From Eledone cirrhosa (taxonomy: Eukaryota): 64,000 nucleotides of DNA. The position numbers and the translations under genes are program-made. The notes beneath the pieces were generated by a model. The model made no database searches and was not told the origin of the DNA. It saw only the letters and a list, made by a program, of their open reading frames with translations. Location: positions 97,650,001 through 97,714,000 of the forward strand of contig OZ024742.1 in assembly GCA_964016885.1 (NCBI GenBank), written 5' to 3'. This document shows positions 1 to 17,982 of the stretch, piece after piece (position 1 is the first letter of the stretch; every line of letters begins with the position of its first letter).

Positions 1-174
1 ATATATATATGTATATATATATATGTATATATGTATATATATATGTATATATGTATATATATATATGTATATATATATATGTATATATGTATATATATAT
101 GTATATATGTATATATATATATGTATATATGTATATGTATATATATATGTATATATGTATATATATATATGTAT

Positions 175-222
<48 letters not shown>

Positions 223-223
223 G

Positions 224-306
<83 letters not shown>

Positions 307-376
307 GTATATATATATATAAGTATATATGTTATATATATATATGTATATATATATATATGTATATATATATATG

Positions 377-439
<63 letters not shown>

Positions 440-567
440 GTATATATATATGTATAGTATATATATATATACATATATATATATGTATATATATATATAC
501 ATATATATATATGTATATATATATATATGTATATATATATATGTATATATATATATATGTATATATG

Positions 568-599
<32 letters not shown>

Positions 600-643
600 C
601 ATATATATATATGTATATATATATACATATATATATATGTATA

Positions 644-684
<41 letters not shown>

Positions 685-709
685 GTATATATATATATAT
701 GTATATATG

Positions 710-740
<31 letters not shown>

Positions 741-1200
741 GTATATATGTATATGTATATATATAATATATATGTATATATATATATGTATATATATATA
801 TATGTATATATATAATATATGTATATATATATATATGTATATAATATATATATATTGTATATATATATACATATATGTATATATATATATATGTATATGT
901 ATATATATATATACATATATGTATATATATATATAATATATATGTATATATATATATATGTATATATGTATATATATATATGTATATATGTATATATATA
1001 TATGTATATATGTATATATATATATGTATATATGTATATATATATATATATGTATATGTATATATGTATATGTATATATGTATATATATATATATATGTA
1101 TATGTATATATGTATATGTATATGTATATATGTATATATATATATATGTATATAAATATATGTATATGTATATATATATATATATGTATATGTATATATG

Positions 1201-1231
<31 letters not shown>

Positions 1232-1385
1232 GTATATGTATATATATATATACATATATATATATATACATATATACATATATATATATGTATATATATA
1301 TATGTATATGTATATATATATATGTATATGTATATATATATATACATATATATATATATACATATATACATATATATATATATAC

Positions 1386-1425
<40 letters not shown>

Positions 1426-1449
1426 GTATATATATATATACATATATAC

Positions 1450-1486
<37 letters not shown>

Positions 1487-1513
1487 CATAAATATATATA
1501 TATATATACATAT

Positions 1514-1544
<31 letters not shown>

Positions 1545-1568
1545 CATATATATACATATATATATATG

Positions 1569-1617
<49 letters not shown>

Positions 1618-1618
1618 G

Positions 1619-1697
<79 letters not shown>

Positions 1698-1716
1698 GTA
1701 TATATATATGTATATG

Positions 1717-1747
<31 letters not shown>

Positions 1748-1944
1748 GTATATATATATGTATATGTATATATATATATATGTATATATATATGTATATG
1801 TATATACATATATATATATATGTATATATGTATATGTATATATATATATGTATATGTATATATATATATACATATATATATATATGTATATATATATGTA
1901 TATATATATATAGATGTATATATATATATATGTATATATATATG

Positions 1945-1975
<31 letters not shown>

Positions 1976-2189
1976 GTATATGTATATGTATATATATATG
2001 TATATGTATATATATATGTATATATATATATATGTATATGTATATATGTATATGTATATATATGTATATGTATATATATGTATATGTATATATATGTATA
2101 TATATGTATATGTATATATATATGTATATATATGTATATGTATATATATATGTATATATATATATATATGTATATATATATGTATATAT

Positions 2190-2259
<70 letters not shown>

Positions 2260-2329
2260 GTATATGTATATATATATATACATATATATATATGTATATG
2301 TATATATATATATACATATATATATATTC

Positions 2330-2398
<69 letters not shown>

Positions 2399-2404
2399 CA
2401 TATA
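1..2404. repeat. Compound (TA)n microsatellite with TATATG/CATATA interruptions
   Basis: Direct reading. The overlapping YIYI/MYIC ORFs are artefacts of the repeat. Confidence 0.97.
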
Positions 2405-2467
2405 TAAAATATTAAACAAATAATGAATAAAACAATGAAACAGTTCCTTATATTAAACAAAAAAAGT

Positions 2468-2620
2468 TCATTATTTAACGATCGTTTCTAGGATATATAT
2501 GTGTTAGAATTGGCATGCATATTCAACAGATCTATGTACAAAATTATACAAAATTATACAAACTATCAAGATTAAATATACATACCAAACACACATATAT
2601 GCCGTCTTCAGAAATAATGA
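2468..2620 (-). ncRNA. Type I hammerhead ribozyme motif with long stem II
   Basis: Minus strand: TCATTATTT-CTGAAGA-(CGGCATATATGTGT...ACACATATATATCCTA)-GAAACGATCGTT-AAATAATGA. Perfect 9-bp stem I, palindromic stem III, GUU cleavage triplet. Confidence 0.75.
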
Positions 2621-2973
2621 AATATATTTATTGATAATAACAACAATTCAAAATTTCAGGTCCGTTTGGGAACGGAGTTCAAAATTGACCAATGAAAATA
2701 CAAAAAGTTTTATGCAGTTTGGTGTGTGTATATACATGTAACTAACCCCGTACACATATTTATACAAAGATATATGCTCAACATGCATACGCATGCCAAA
2801 AAGATGTATGCAAATACAAAAATTCAAGGCTAATGTCTCTGTAAGTTTATAATCCACAGATAAAATGCGTATAGACACATAAATATGAAATAAGTGTATA
2901 CACATATTCTCATACTCACACATATCCGTACACCCACACACACGCGCGCGTATATGCATAAACATACACATAA

Positions 2974-4815
2974 TCAGATATTGGAATAATTAGCAAAAAA
3001 ATTTGGGATAGAGTCATCCCACAAATAAGAAAACACGTTATTTTACCACTCTGGGAAAACACCTCCCAGGTAATTAACTGGTTTAAAAATATTAGATGTA
3101 AATCTTCTGCTTCATTTCTACAATTTGATATAGATAATTACTATTCTTCTATATCACCTATACTCCTGAACAAAGCATTGATATTTGCTAAAAATAGATC
3201 TAACTTAACTTTGGATGACATTAATATTATTACACATGCTAGACTAACACTTATTGAATTTCAGAATGAATACTGGACCAGAAACACATATAGTAATCTA
3301 TTTGATATTACTATGGGTTCAAGCGATTCCGCCCAAATTACTGATCTTGTGGGCCTGTTTCTCCTTTTCAACATAAATGCCTCCTTTCCCCACCTTAAAG
3401 GTGGTTTATATCGTGATGACTGTCTTCTTCTTTCTAACAACCTTAGCCTTTCAGAAATAGAAAAAAACAAAAAACATATTAGAACTTTCCTTAAAGACTA
3501 TTATAATCTTCATATTACTTTTGAAAAAACAAGTAAAGTAGTAAATTTCCTAGATATAACTTTAGATTTAGCTACGGGTATCTACCAACCTTACCATAAA
3601 CCAAACCAAAACTTACATTACATACACTCACAATCTAATCACCCTAAATCTATCCTTAAAAACCTTGCATATAATATATCACTTAGAATTTCTAACCTTT
3701 CTTCTAACCAAGATGTATTTGATAAAAATGCGACCTTCTATAACGAAGCTCTAGATAGAAGTGGCCACAAAAATAGATTAGAATATATACCTTCTACTAA
3801 AAATACTAAAAGCATACAACCTAATATTACCAACAAACACCAAATGAAAAGTACACACCTAAATGCCACCCACACTATACCCCAAAATACCAAATCTTCT
3901 AATATAAAATATAGTAACTCTCAAAAAACTACTCATCATACAACTCTAATAAATATTAATAATAAAACTCCTAATAAAAAAGATAAAACACCTAAATCTA
4001 CAAATATAACTAAAAATGGTTGTGGTGAGATCATTAACATTAATCCTCCTAGTAAACATCACGATACAACCTATAAAAATAATAAAAATAATAAACAACA
4101 TAGAAACCGTAATAGACGGGTTACTTGGTATAATGCTCCATTTAATTTACAAATTAAGGATAATATTGCTGAAAAAATTTTTTATATCCTAGAGAAAAAC
4201 TTCCCGCCAAACCACAAATACCATCAAATCTTAAATAGGTCTACAGTTAAATTCTCATACTCAACAACAAATAACATAAAACAAAATATAAGTGCCTATA
4301 ATGCATATAAATGTAAGAAAACCATAAATATACCACCAATACATCAAATTAACCATAATATCTCCTCAAATACAGAATTAACGAAAGGTTGTAACTGTAG
4401 AAACAAAGCAAACTGCCCATTAAAAGGGAATTGTCTTGTTAACAACATAGTCTATAAATGTAATGTTAAAACTAAAGATTCTATTTGCTCATATATAGGA
4501 GCTACTTCTAACAATTTTAAGACAAGGTTTAATACCCACAAGCATAGTTTTAAAAATGCCGCACTGGCCAATACAACATCTCTAGCAGAAAAAATCAATA
4601 GTTATAAAAATAAGAATATAGAATATGATTTGACCTGGAGTGTGCTCAAAAGAGCCACCCCTTATCAAAATAATAGAAATGAATGTAGATTATGTTCCCA
4701 AGAACTATTTGAAATAATGAAATCTAAGGATATCCTATTAAATAAACGACAGGAATTAATTATATCGTGTAATCATAAACTAAAAAAAACATTTAAATAT
4801 TATAAACCTAATTAA
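2974..4815 (+). CDS. PLE polyprotein, 5'-truncated (RT, thumb, Cys-rich linker, GIY-YIG endonuclease)
   Basis: Frame is open from the inversion junction (SDIGIISK...LQFDIDNYYSSI...MGSSDSAQITDLVG...LYRDD...FLDITL...HSQSNHP). C-terminus CNCRNKANCPLKGNC...IVYKC...YIGAT..FKTRFNTH...CRLC.QE...LLNKRQE. Confidence 0.92.
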   Translation, partial: SDIGIISKKIWDRVIPQIRKHVILPLWENTSQVINWFKNIRCKSSASFLQFDIDNYYSSISPILLNKALIFAKNRSNLTLDDINIITHARLTLIEFQNEYWTRNTYSNLFDITMGSSDSAQITDLVGLFLLFNINASFPHLKGGLYRDDCLLLSNNLSLSEIEKNKKHIRTFLKDYYNLHITFEKTSKVVNFLDITLDLATGIYQPYHKPNQNLHYIHSQSNHPKSILKNLAYNISLRISNLSSNQDVFDKNATFYNEALDRSGHKNRLEYIPSTKNTKSIQPNITNKHQMKSTHLNATHTIPQNTKSSNIKYSNSQKTTHHTTLININNKTPNKKDKTPKSTNITKNGCGEIININPPSKHHDTTYKNNKNNKQHRNRNRRVTWYNAPFNLQIKDNIAEKIFYILEKNFPPNHKYHQILNRSTVKFSYSTTNNIKQNISAYNAYKCKKTINIPPIHQINHNISSNTELTKGCNCRNKANCPLKGNCLVNNIVYKCNVKTKDSICSYIGATSNNFKTRFNTHKHSFKNAALANTTSLAEKINSYKNKNIEYDLTWSVLKRATPYQNNRNECRLCSQELFEIMKSKDILLNKRQELIISCNHKLKKTFKYYKPN

Positions 4816-5317
4816 TAACATTATTTTAGAAATTAATATATAATTTAATTTAAATGTTAGTTAACCTATAAATTTAATTTAATTAAAATTCTACTACAGA
4901 TGAGAATATAAAATATTGTGTAATCATAAATTGTGAAAAACCTTTAAATATTACTAATATATACTTAGTAATTTAATTTATAGATTAATTTTAATTTATT
5001 TAACCCTTTATTAAAATTCCTTTACAGATAAAATATAACAAAATATCGTGTATCCAATGACAGAGAAATAATTTTTAGTATTATAGACCTAATTAATATA
5101 CATTTTAGAAATATATTTATAATTTGGTTTTAAATTTAGTCAACCTAAAAATTTAATTTAATTGGCTTAAAATTAGTATCCTAATACAGACGGATTGCAG
5201 AGTGTCATGTAATCATAGAATGGGATGTGTTTTGGATGTATACCTAGTTAATATATTCTTTGCAATTTTTGAAAAAATATGTATATGTATGTATGTATAT
5301 GTATGTGTATGTATGTA

Positions 5318-5370
<53 letters not shown>

Positions 5371-5760
5371 ATGTATATGTATATGTATATGTATTAATTT
5401 TGATTTCTATTTGCATATAATTATATTCTGCTATTGATAAAATACAATATCTGTTTTATTTATTATATACCTAATTAACATATACTATAGAAATTAATAT
5501 ATAATTTTTAATTTAGTTAACCTATAATTTATATTCTACTACCGATGTAATACTTTATTTGTTTTTTCCCTATTACTAAATTCATTTCCTAATATTGATA
5601 CCATAACGTTAATAACTTTAATTTAGTTATACTATAATTAATACTCTACTACTATTTAACTTCAAAATTCTGCTTCAAATATTATAAACCTAACTAATTT
5701 ACACCTTAGAAATCAATATGTTAACTATCTTTAGTTTAGTTAACATATAATTAATGGTAT
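4803..5760 (+). repeat. Degenerate AT-rich direct repeats in the PLE1 3' UTR
   Basis: Motif ACCTAATTAA...TAGAAATTAATATATAATT...TTAGTTAACCTATAA recurs near 4803, 4960, 5084, 5468 and 5684. Confidence 0.6.
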
Positions 5761-5939
5761 ACTTATTTTGAAATGCATAATTTTGCCTTATTTCTTGCAT
5801 TTCCTAACACTGAAACTATGTAAAAACATATATTGAGATCCAAATACAGATTAATATTCTATGTTTCTTGAAACATATATTTACTATAATCCCCTTCTCC
5901 ACCCCCCCCCCCTTTCCCCCATACTATTATCATCTGTGT

Positions 5940-6982
5940 TTGTAAGCGTGTATGTATGAATATATATGTAGGTAGGTGTATATATGTTTGGGTGTTTATA
6001 TCTGAGTATAAAAATACATATATGCGCATGCAAATAAGAATGTATGATTGTGTGTATATATATATGTATATATATATATGTGTATATATGCATGTGTATA
6101 TATATGTGTATATATATATATATATATATGTGTATATGTGTATATGTGTGTGGGCGTGTATGTGTGTGTATGTATATATATATATGTGTGTATGTATGTA
6201 TATGTATATATGTGTATGTATATGTATGTCTCTCTATATATATGTCTATCTTCGTATCTATGTGGGTATATGTGTGTATGTACATGTATGCACATGTATA
6301 TGTTTATGTGTATATGTGTGTATGTGTATATATGTACGTGTGCGCACATATATATGTGAGTGTGTGTGTATGTGTGAGTTTATATATATATGTATATCTA
6401 TGTGTGTATATATATATTCGTATGTGTATATATATATATTATTTATTATTATAATATAACTTATGTGTATATGTATATATGTGAAGGTGTGTATATGTAT
6501 ATATATGTATATATATGTGTAAAAATATATATGTGTATGTGTGTTTTTGTGTGTGTGTATATATATGTATATATGTGTGTATGTATGTGTTTGTATGTGT
6601 GTTTATGGTTGTATGTGTGTGTGGGTATATATATAAATGTATGTGTATATATATATATATATGTGTATATGTATCTCTATTAATGTGTGTATATATGTAT
6701 ATGTATATACCTTTTTCTTTGTATGTCTGAGTTGTGTGAGAGTGTAGTGGTGTTTGTATGTATATACGCATATATGGATGCGTATGTATTTGTATATATG
6801 CGTATATGTAAGTGCGTATGTGTGTATGAATATATATCTATGTCTATGTATGCGTATGTATGTGTGTGTATGTATGTGTGTGTGTATGTATGTATGTGTG
6901 TATGTGTGTATATATATATATGTATGTGTGTATATGTATGTATGTATGTGTATGTATGTACATATATGTGTATGTATATGTG

Positions 6983-7021
<39 letters not shown>

Positions 7022-7213
7022 GTTTATTTTATATATATATGTGTGTGTGTGTATGTGTGTGTATATATATCTTTATATATGTGTATGTGTATGTTTGTGT
7101 AGGTGTGTGTGTGTGTGTGACTATATATGTATGTGTGTATGTGTGTATGTATGTATGTGTATGTGTGTGTACATGTATGTATGTGTATGTATATATGTCT
7201 GTATATATGTATG

Positions 7214-7247
<34 letters not shown>

Positions 7248-7792
7248 TGTATATGTATCTCTATTTGTATGTGTATATGTATATATGTGAAGGTGTGTAT
7301 ATGTATATATATGTATATATATGTGTAAAAATATATATGTGTATGTGTGTTTTTGTGTGTGTGTATATATATGTATATATGTGTGTATGTATGTGTTTGT
7401 ATGTGTGTTTATGGTTGTATGTGTGTGTGGGTATATATATAAATGTATGTGTATATATATATATATATGTGTATATGTATCTCTATTAATGTGTGTATAT
7501 ATGTATATGTATATACCTTTTTCTTTGTATGTCTGAGTTGTGTGAGAGTGTACTGGTGTTTGTATGTATATACGCATATATGGATGCGTATGTATTTGTA
7601 TATATGCGTATATGTAAGTGCGTATGTGTGTATGAATATATATCTATGTCTATGTATGAGTATGTATGTGTGTGTATGTATGTATGTGTGTGTGTATGTA
7701 TGTATGTGTGTATGTGTGTATATATATATATGTATGTGTGTATATGTATGTATGTATGTGTATGTATGTACATATATGTGTATGTATATGTG

Positions 7793-7831
<39 letters not shown>

Positions 7832-8426
7832 GTTTATTTTATATATATATGTGTGTGTGTGTATGTGTGTGTATATATATCTTTATATATGTGTATGTGT
7901 ATGTTTGTGTAGGTGTGTGTGTGTGTGTGACTATATATGTATGTGTGTATGTGTGTATGTATGTATGTGTATGTGTGTGTACATGTATGTATGTGTATGT
8001 ATATATGTCTGTATATATGTATGTATATATATATATATGTATATATATATATGTATATGTATCTCTATTTGTATGTGTATATGTGTATATGTATATACCT
8101 TTTTCTTTGTATGTCTGAGTTGTGTGAGAGTGTAGTGGTGTTTGTATGTATATACCGATATATGGATGCGTAAGTATTTGTATATATGCGTATATATAAG
8201 TACGTATGTGTGGGTGAATATATATCTATGTCTATGTATGAGTATGTATGTGTGTGTATGTATGTGTGTATGTGTGTATGTATGTATGTACGTCTGTATG
8301 TATATGTGTGTATATATATGTATGTATGTGTATGTCTGTATGTATATAAGTATGTATGTGTATGTATATGTGCGTGTATGTGTATATATATGTGTGTCTA
8401 TATATGTGTGTGTGTATATATGTGTA

Positions 8427-8467
<41 letters not shown>

Positions 8468-8539
8468 ATATGTGTGTATATATATATATGTATATGTTTA
8501 TATATGTGTGTGTGTGTGTGTTGTATGTGTAGATGTGTG

Positions 8540-8590
<51 letters not shown>

Positions 8591-8600
8591 TTTCTTGATA
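5940..8600. repeat. TG/TA compound microsatellite containing an approximately 806-bp tandem duplication
   Basis: Identical 71-aa pseudo-ORFs at 6515 and 7321 (offset 806). Marker CTTTTTCTTTGTATGTCTGAGTTGTGTGAGAG at about 6710, 7517 and 8099. Confidence 0.85.
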
Positions 8601-9103
8601 TATTTCTTTTTTCTTTTTTCTTTTTCTTTTCTTTCCTTTTATTTCTAAGTTTATAGATACATCTATAAATAAGCAGTCTGCCCAAACCGTTGAATACTGA
8701 CCTCTCCCCCCCTCCCACCTAATTTCTGTATCTTGATCTAAATGTGTGTGGCAGTGTTTATGTGAGTGAATTAATATCCATGTGCTTATGATAATATTAT
8801 ATCCACATATATATGTGTGTGGGGGTGTGTGTGTGTATGTATGTTCGTAATTATGTGTATGTTTATGCATATACGCGCGCGTGTGTGTGGGTGTACGGAT
8901 ATGTGTGAGTATGAGAATATGTGTATACACTTATTTCATATTTATGTGTCTATACGCATTTTATCTGTGGATTATAAACTTACAGAGACATTAGCCTTGA
9001 ATTTTTGTATTTGCATACATCTTTTTGGCATGCGTATGCATGTTGAGCATATATCTTTGTATAAATATGTGTACGGGGTTAGTTACATGTATATACACAC
9101 ACC

Positions 9104-9303
9104 NNNNNNNNNNNNNNNNNNNNNNNNNNNNNNNNNNNNNNNNNNNNNNNNNNNNNNNNNNNNNNNNNNNNNNNNNNNNNNNNNNNNNNNNNNNNNNNNN
9201 NNNNNNNNNNNNNNNNNNNNNNNNNNNNNNNNNNNNNNNNNNNNNNNNNNNNNNNNNNNNNNNNNNNNNNNNNNNNNNNNNNNNNNNNNNNNNNNNNNNN
9301 NNN
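9104..9303. other. Assembly gap (200 N)
   Basis: Run of N. Confidence 1.
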
Positions 9304-12099
<2,796 letters not shown>

Positions 12100-15000
12100 T
12101 TTTAGTGATGGCAGAGAAGATTGTGGGACAGCTGACCTGGCTGCATCGTCTCCAGAGCCAAGGTCATCCACACCAGCACTCGAGACCACCGCAAGTTAAG
12201 GGACCCAGAGTGGCCGCCGCTGACACCAGACCAGGTGTCATACCGACAGCCATTACTGGCACCCCAAAAGTCACACCAGTGCTGCTGCTGAATGTCAGGG
12301 GCTGGTGAAACTCAGCAACATGAGTAAAATTTCCTACCTGGGAGACTTAGCCATAAGCAATCAAGCACTATGCATGGCACTAACCGAAACGCACCTGACA
12401 AGCAGTATAGCAGATGCAGAAATACATATACCGAAATATACTCTATTTCGTTCGGACAGGAAGGAGAGAACCTCATGGTGGGGTTGCTCTGTATATCCGT
12501 GAAGATGTCACACCAATTGTTCTGTTGACACATTCAAACTCAGTCTGTGACACACTGATAATACATATGAAGCAACTACAGACGGTAATATGTGTCACAT
12601 ATCGGCCGCCCGATGCCCCAGTCATGAGGGTAAATTTGAGGATAGCCTAAGTAGGATAGAAGAGGTCCTTGACAAACTGGACCAGGGTCTCAACATCCTA
12701 CTGCTGGGAGACTTCACCCTACCAAAGGTCAAATGGCCTGAGGGCCACCTCCTCCCTGGAATGACGTCAATAGAACAGAGACAGACGGAATCCCTGCTGG
12801 CCCTCACACACAGGCTGTTCATGGAGCAAGCAATACTCCTCCCAACAAGAGGCCGAAAATGTCCCTGGACCTCTGTTTTACAAACAACGAAGTGCTCATC
12901 CACAATGTAAAGTTGACACCAACAATTCTCTCGGATCATAACTTGGTAGAGCTAATGATATGTGGTCCAAGAGAACCAACAGAGACAAAACCACCAAGAA
13001 GCTCCGGGACGCTATCCAGCCTTAACTTCTACGGGGCTGACTGGAAGAAGATTAAGAGTGAAATCCGGAAGCAAACATGGAGTGCAAACATCGCCACACA
13101 AGACACTAACACACAATTTCAACACTTCATGACAACGATACACACCATATGCAAAAAGTGTGTCCCGGAGAAAGAGCAAACAGACACAAAAATCTTATTC
13201 CCAGAGATAGGAAAATCCTTATGAGACGTAGAACTAAACTCTCAAACCAGTTGAATAGTCACAAAACCAAAACAAGAAGGAATCCTATTTGAAACGTGCA
13301 CTACTTGACACCGAGATTGCACTCAAGCTTTCACATGAGAATGAGAGGGCAAGGAAAGAGAACAGGGCCATAGAAAACATTAAAACAAACCCTAAGGCCT
13401 TCTTTAAATTTGCAAAAGAAACTGCCTCAGTACACTGCAAGATTGGACCACTCTTCCACACGGACGGTTCATTAACCGAAAATCCCCAAGAGATATGTGA
13501 AATACTGAACGAACAGTACAAAAGTGTCTTCACATGTCCACTGAGGCACATGCAAATAACGAAGCCAGAGGAGTTCTTTGATGCCACAACACTACATCAA
13601 GAAATGGCAACCATCAACCACATAGACATAACGGAGGAGGATGTGGTGTACGCCATTGATGAAATTAGAACAGACTCGGCTGCTGGACCTGATGGATTCC
13701 AGCAGTTCTCCTAAAAATATGTAAGCAAGGCCTTAGCAACTCACTGAAGATGCTCTTCAGAAGCTCTTGGCTAGCGGTGTACTACCAGGGAGCTGAAAGA
13801 AGGCACAATATGCCCTATCCATAAAGGAGGTAGTAGAGCGGAGGCCAAGAACTATAGGCCAGTCTCCCTGACGTCGCATATCAGTAAGGTCATGGAGCGA
13901 GTCGTCAGAAAGAAACTAATCACTTTCCTCGAAGAAAATGACCGCCTGACTAGCAACGCAACATGGGCTTCCGCCCAGGAAGAAGCTGCCCTTACACAGC
14001 TGCTACATCACTACGACTGGGTTACTGAGACAGCTACTAGACCAGCTCACATGTAGACGTGATATATCTTGACTTTGCGAAGGCCTTTGACAAGGTCGAC
14101 CACGGAATGATATGTCACAAACTACACGGACTCGGCATAACTGGAAAAGTAGGTGAGTGGCTGCATGGCTTCCTGAGGGACAGAAGCCAGGCAGTCGCAG
14201 CAAATGGGGCCCTCTCGAGGGAAACACGATAACAAGTGGGGTGCCTCAGGGGACAGTCCTGGGACCACTACTGTTTTTGGTGGCTCTCTCGGACATGCCC
14301 TCTGTGGTGCATGCAACAACATCCTCACTAGCTATGCTGATGACACTAAGGTAGCACAGGCAATCAAAAACCCGGCTGACGCTGCCCTCTTACAGCAGGA
14401 TCTGGATGCCATATACAGATGGGCGGAAGAAAACAACATGCAGTTTAATGCTGGCAAATTCCAAGCCCTACAATACAAACCTGCAAACACAAACACAAAT
14501 ATAGTGGAACACAGCTACACAGGACCAGGAGGGACCGATATCCCCGTGTCAAAATCGATACGAGACCTGGGCATAGACATGAGCGATGATGCATCTTTTT
14601 CTTCACACATCATGAAGGTGGCGACAGCATTTAGACGATTCGCTGGCTGGATCTTGAGGACTTTCCTTACAAGAGATCGAGACACCATGTTGACACTGTG
14701 GAGGACTTTTGTCCTAAGCCGCCTGGACTACTGCTCCCAGCTGTGGTCACCCCATAGTGTCAAACTAACCACAGAGCTTGAGGCAATCCAGCGAAGCTAC
14801 ACCAAGAGGATTGCCAAGATGAGGGAGACAAGCTACTGGGAGAGGCTGAAGGAACTGAACCTCTACTCCTTGGAGCGAAGACGGGAGAGATACGCAGTGA
14901 TCTACATGTGGAAAATCCTGGAGGGACTAGCACCAAACTTTGGCATTGGGAGCTGGACCAACCGTCGAACAGGACGTCACTGTGTGGTGCCAAAGGTCCC

Positions 15001-15325
15001 GTCTTCCACATCTAGAATAAGGAGCAGGTATTGCAATAGCCTGGGATTCAAGGGCCCTCAACTCTTCAACAGGCTGCCGAGGCATCTGCGAGACTTGCAT
15101 GACGTGGAGGTGGATGTCTTTAAGAAACATCTCGACACCTTGTTATCCAGGATCCCGGATGAGCCCACAGCAAGACACGAGGGAAACCTAAGGGCAGCAG
15201 CAACAAACTCCCTCCTACACCAGTGGCCAACCTATACAGGCTGGAGATAAAATGTGTAGCAACAAGGGCGGTGCCCCAGCATGGCCTCAGCCGGATGGCT
15301 GAAACAGGTAAAAGAGTAAAAGAGT
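12100..15325 (+). mobile_element. CR1-type non-LTR retrotransposon, 5'-truncated, ORF2 (APE+RT) broken by several single-base frameshifts
   Basis: APE motifs LTETHL, GGVALYI, YRPP, LLGDF, LDLCFTN, SDHNLV. RT motifs NYRPVSL, DFAKAFDKVDH, SGVPQGTVLGP, YADDTK. C-terminus SRLDYCSQLWSP...LYSLERRRERY. 3' end GGCGGTGCCCCAGCATGGCC...(GTAAAAGA)2. Confidence 0.9.
14204..15250 (+). pseudogene. Largest open fragment of the CR1-type RT C-terminal half
   Basis: YADDTK...WAEENNMQFNAGK...RDLGI. The N-terminal part of this ORF is out of frame with SGVPQG. Confidence 0.85.
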
Positions 15326-15339
15326 ATATTTATATAATA

Positions 15340-16545
<1,206 letters not shown>

Positions 16546-16546
16546 T

Positions 16547-17548
16547 CATCATCATCATCATCATCACCGTTTTACGTCCGTTCTTCCACGCTAGCATGGG
16601 TTAGACGGGTTGTCCTGTTGTGGGCAGTGTCTGGTCGGCTGACCATGCCTTGCTCATACAGGAACTGATCTGGCTTGATTTCTACAGCTGGATGCCCTTC
16701 CTAACACCAACCTCATGTACAGTGAGTGCTGGGTGCTTTTTCGTGGCGCCTACACGTCCACTTTACTGTGTGGGCTGGGTGCTTTTTTGCCGTGGCACCT
16801 CCACGACCACCTTGCGGTGTGGGGGGGGGGGGGGGGGCGGCATATTGTTTATATGCTTCAGCATGTACCCATGGGAGGTCGGGTACCCTGTATTACTGCG
16901 TGACGCCAGAAGTCACGGTCGTGTGTCATTGACTTTGAGAGGTGTAGTTGGGTAAGCTCGGCTTTTATCACCTCATCCCAAGTCATCTTGGGTCTCCCCA
17001 CTCCGCGGTTTCCATCAACTTCTAGTGCTCTGCACCTTTTTATGCAGCTGTCATCCTTCATACGCATCACATGTCCATACCAGCGTAACCGCCTCTCCTG
17101 CACGCAGCATTTGATTCCTCTCATGCTCAGTCTCTCTCTCAATTCCTTTATGCTTTGTCGTTCACATATATTACTGTTACACATCCATCGGAGCATGCAG
17201 GCTTCGTTTCTCTCTAATCTACGTAAGTCTTCCACCTTCAGCGCCCAGGTCTCACTACCATGCAACATCGCTGTTCGGATACACGCATCATACAGTCTGC
17301 CTTTCATTCTGAGGGAGAAGCCTTTTGCAGCTAGCAGTGGTAGTAGTTCCCTAAACTTCTTCCATCCCGTTCTTACCCTAGTTATTGTACTTTCTGAGCA
17401 CCCACCTCCGTTGCTAATTCGGTCACCTAGGTAGCAGAAGCTGTCTACTGTTTCTACAGGGCCCTCCCAGAGATTGGTGGTACTTGTTTCCTGTGGCTGT
17501 TTGCTTGCTGTTTCAGCACAGCTGCTGCATGTGAATCCTACATTCTTA
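16547..17548 (-). mobile_element. RTE-clade LINE 3' fragment (C-terminal ORF, 3' UTR, (GAT)n tail)
   Basis: [33 protein letters not shown]...KGRLYDAC...LRWYGHVMR...GRPKMTW; (TCA)n at 16547-16566. Confidence 0.92.
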
Positions 17549-17693
17549 ATTAAGTATGTATATATACATATATATGTATATATATGTATATATACATATA
17601 TATATACATATATATATACATATATATATATATACATATATATATATACATATACATATATATATATACATATATATATACATATATATATAC

Positions 17694-17724
<31 letters not shown>

Positions 17725-17982
17725 CATATATATATACATATATATATATATATACATATATATATACATATATATATATATACATATATATATATACATA
17801 TATACATATATATATATATACATATATATATATACATATATACATATATATATATATACATATATATATATACATATATATATATACATATATATATATA
17901 CATATATATATATACATATATATATATACATATATATATATACATATATATATATACATATATATATATACATATATATGTA

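Larger units (their letters stand above)
2405..9103 (+). mobile_element. Penelope-like element 1 (probably Nematis-like), 5'-truncated, with inverted pLTR (2405-2973) and long microsatellite-rich 3' region running into the assembly gap
   Basis: RT+GIY-YIG ORF at 2974-4815. Segment 2721-2973 is the reverse complement of 8849-9103. HHR in the inverted arm. Flanked by TA arrays. Confidence 0.85.

Noticed and set aside
12100-14330. Frame breaks in the CR1 element as programmed recoding
   Set aside because: The breaks are numerous, scattered and not tied to one conserved boundary. They fit decay or sequencing indels.
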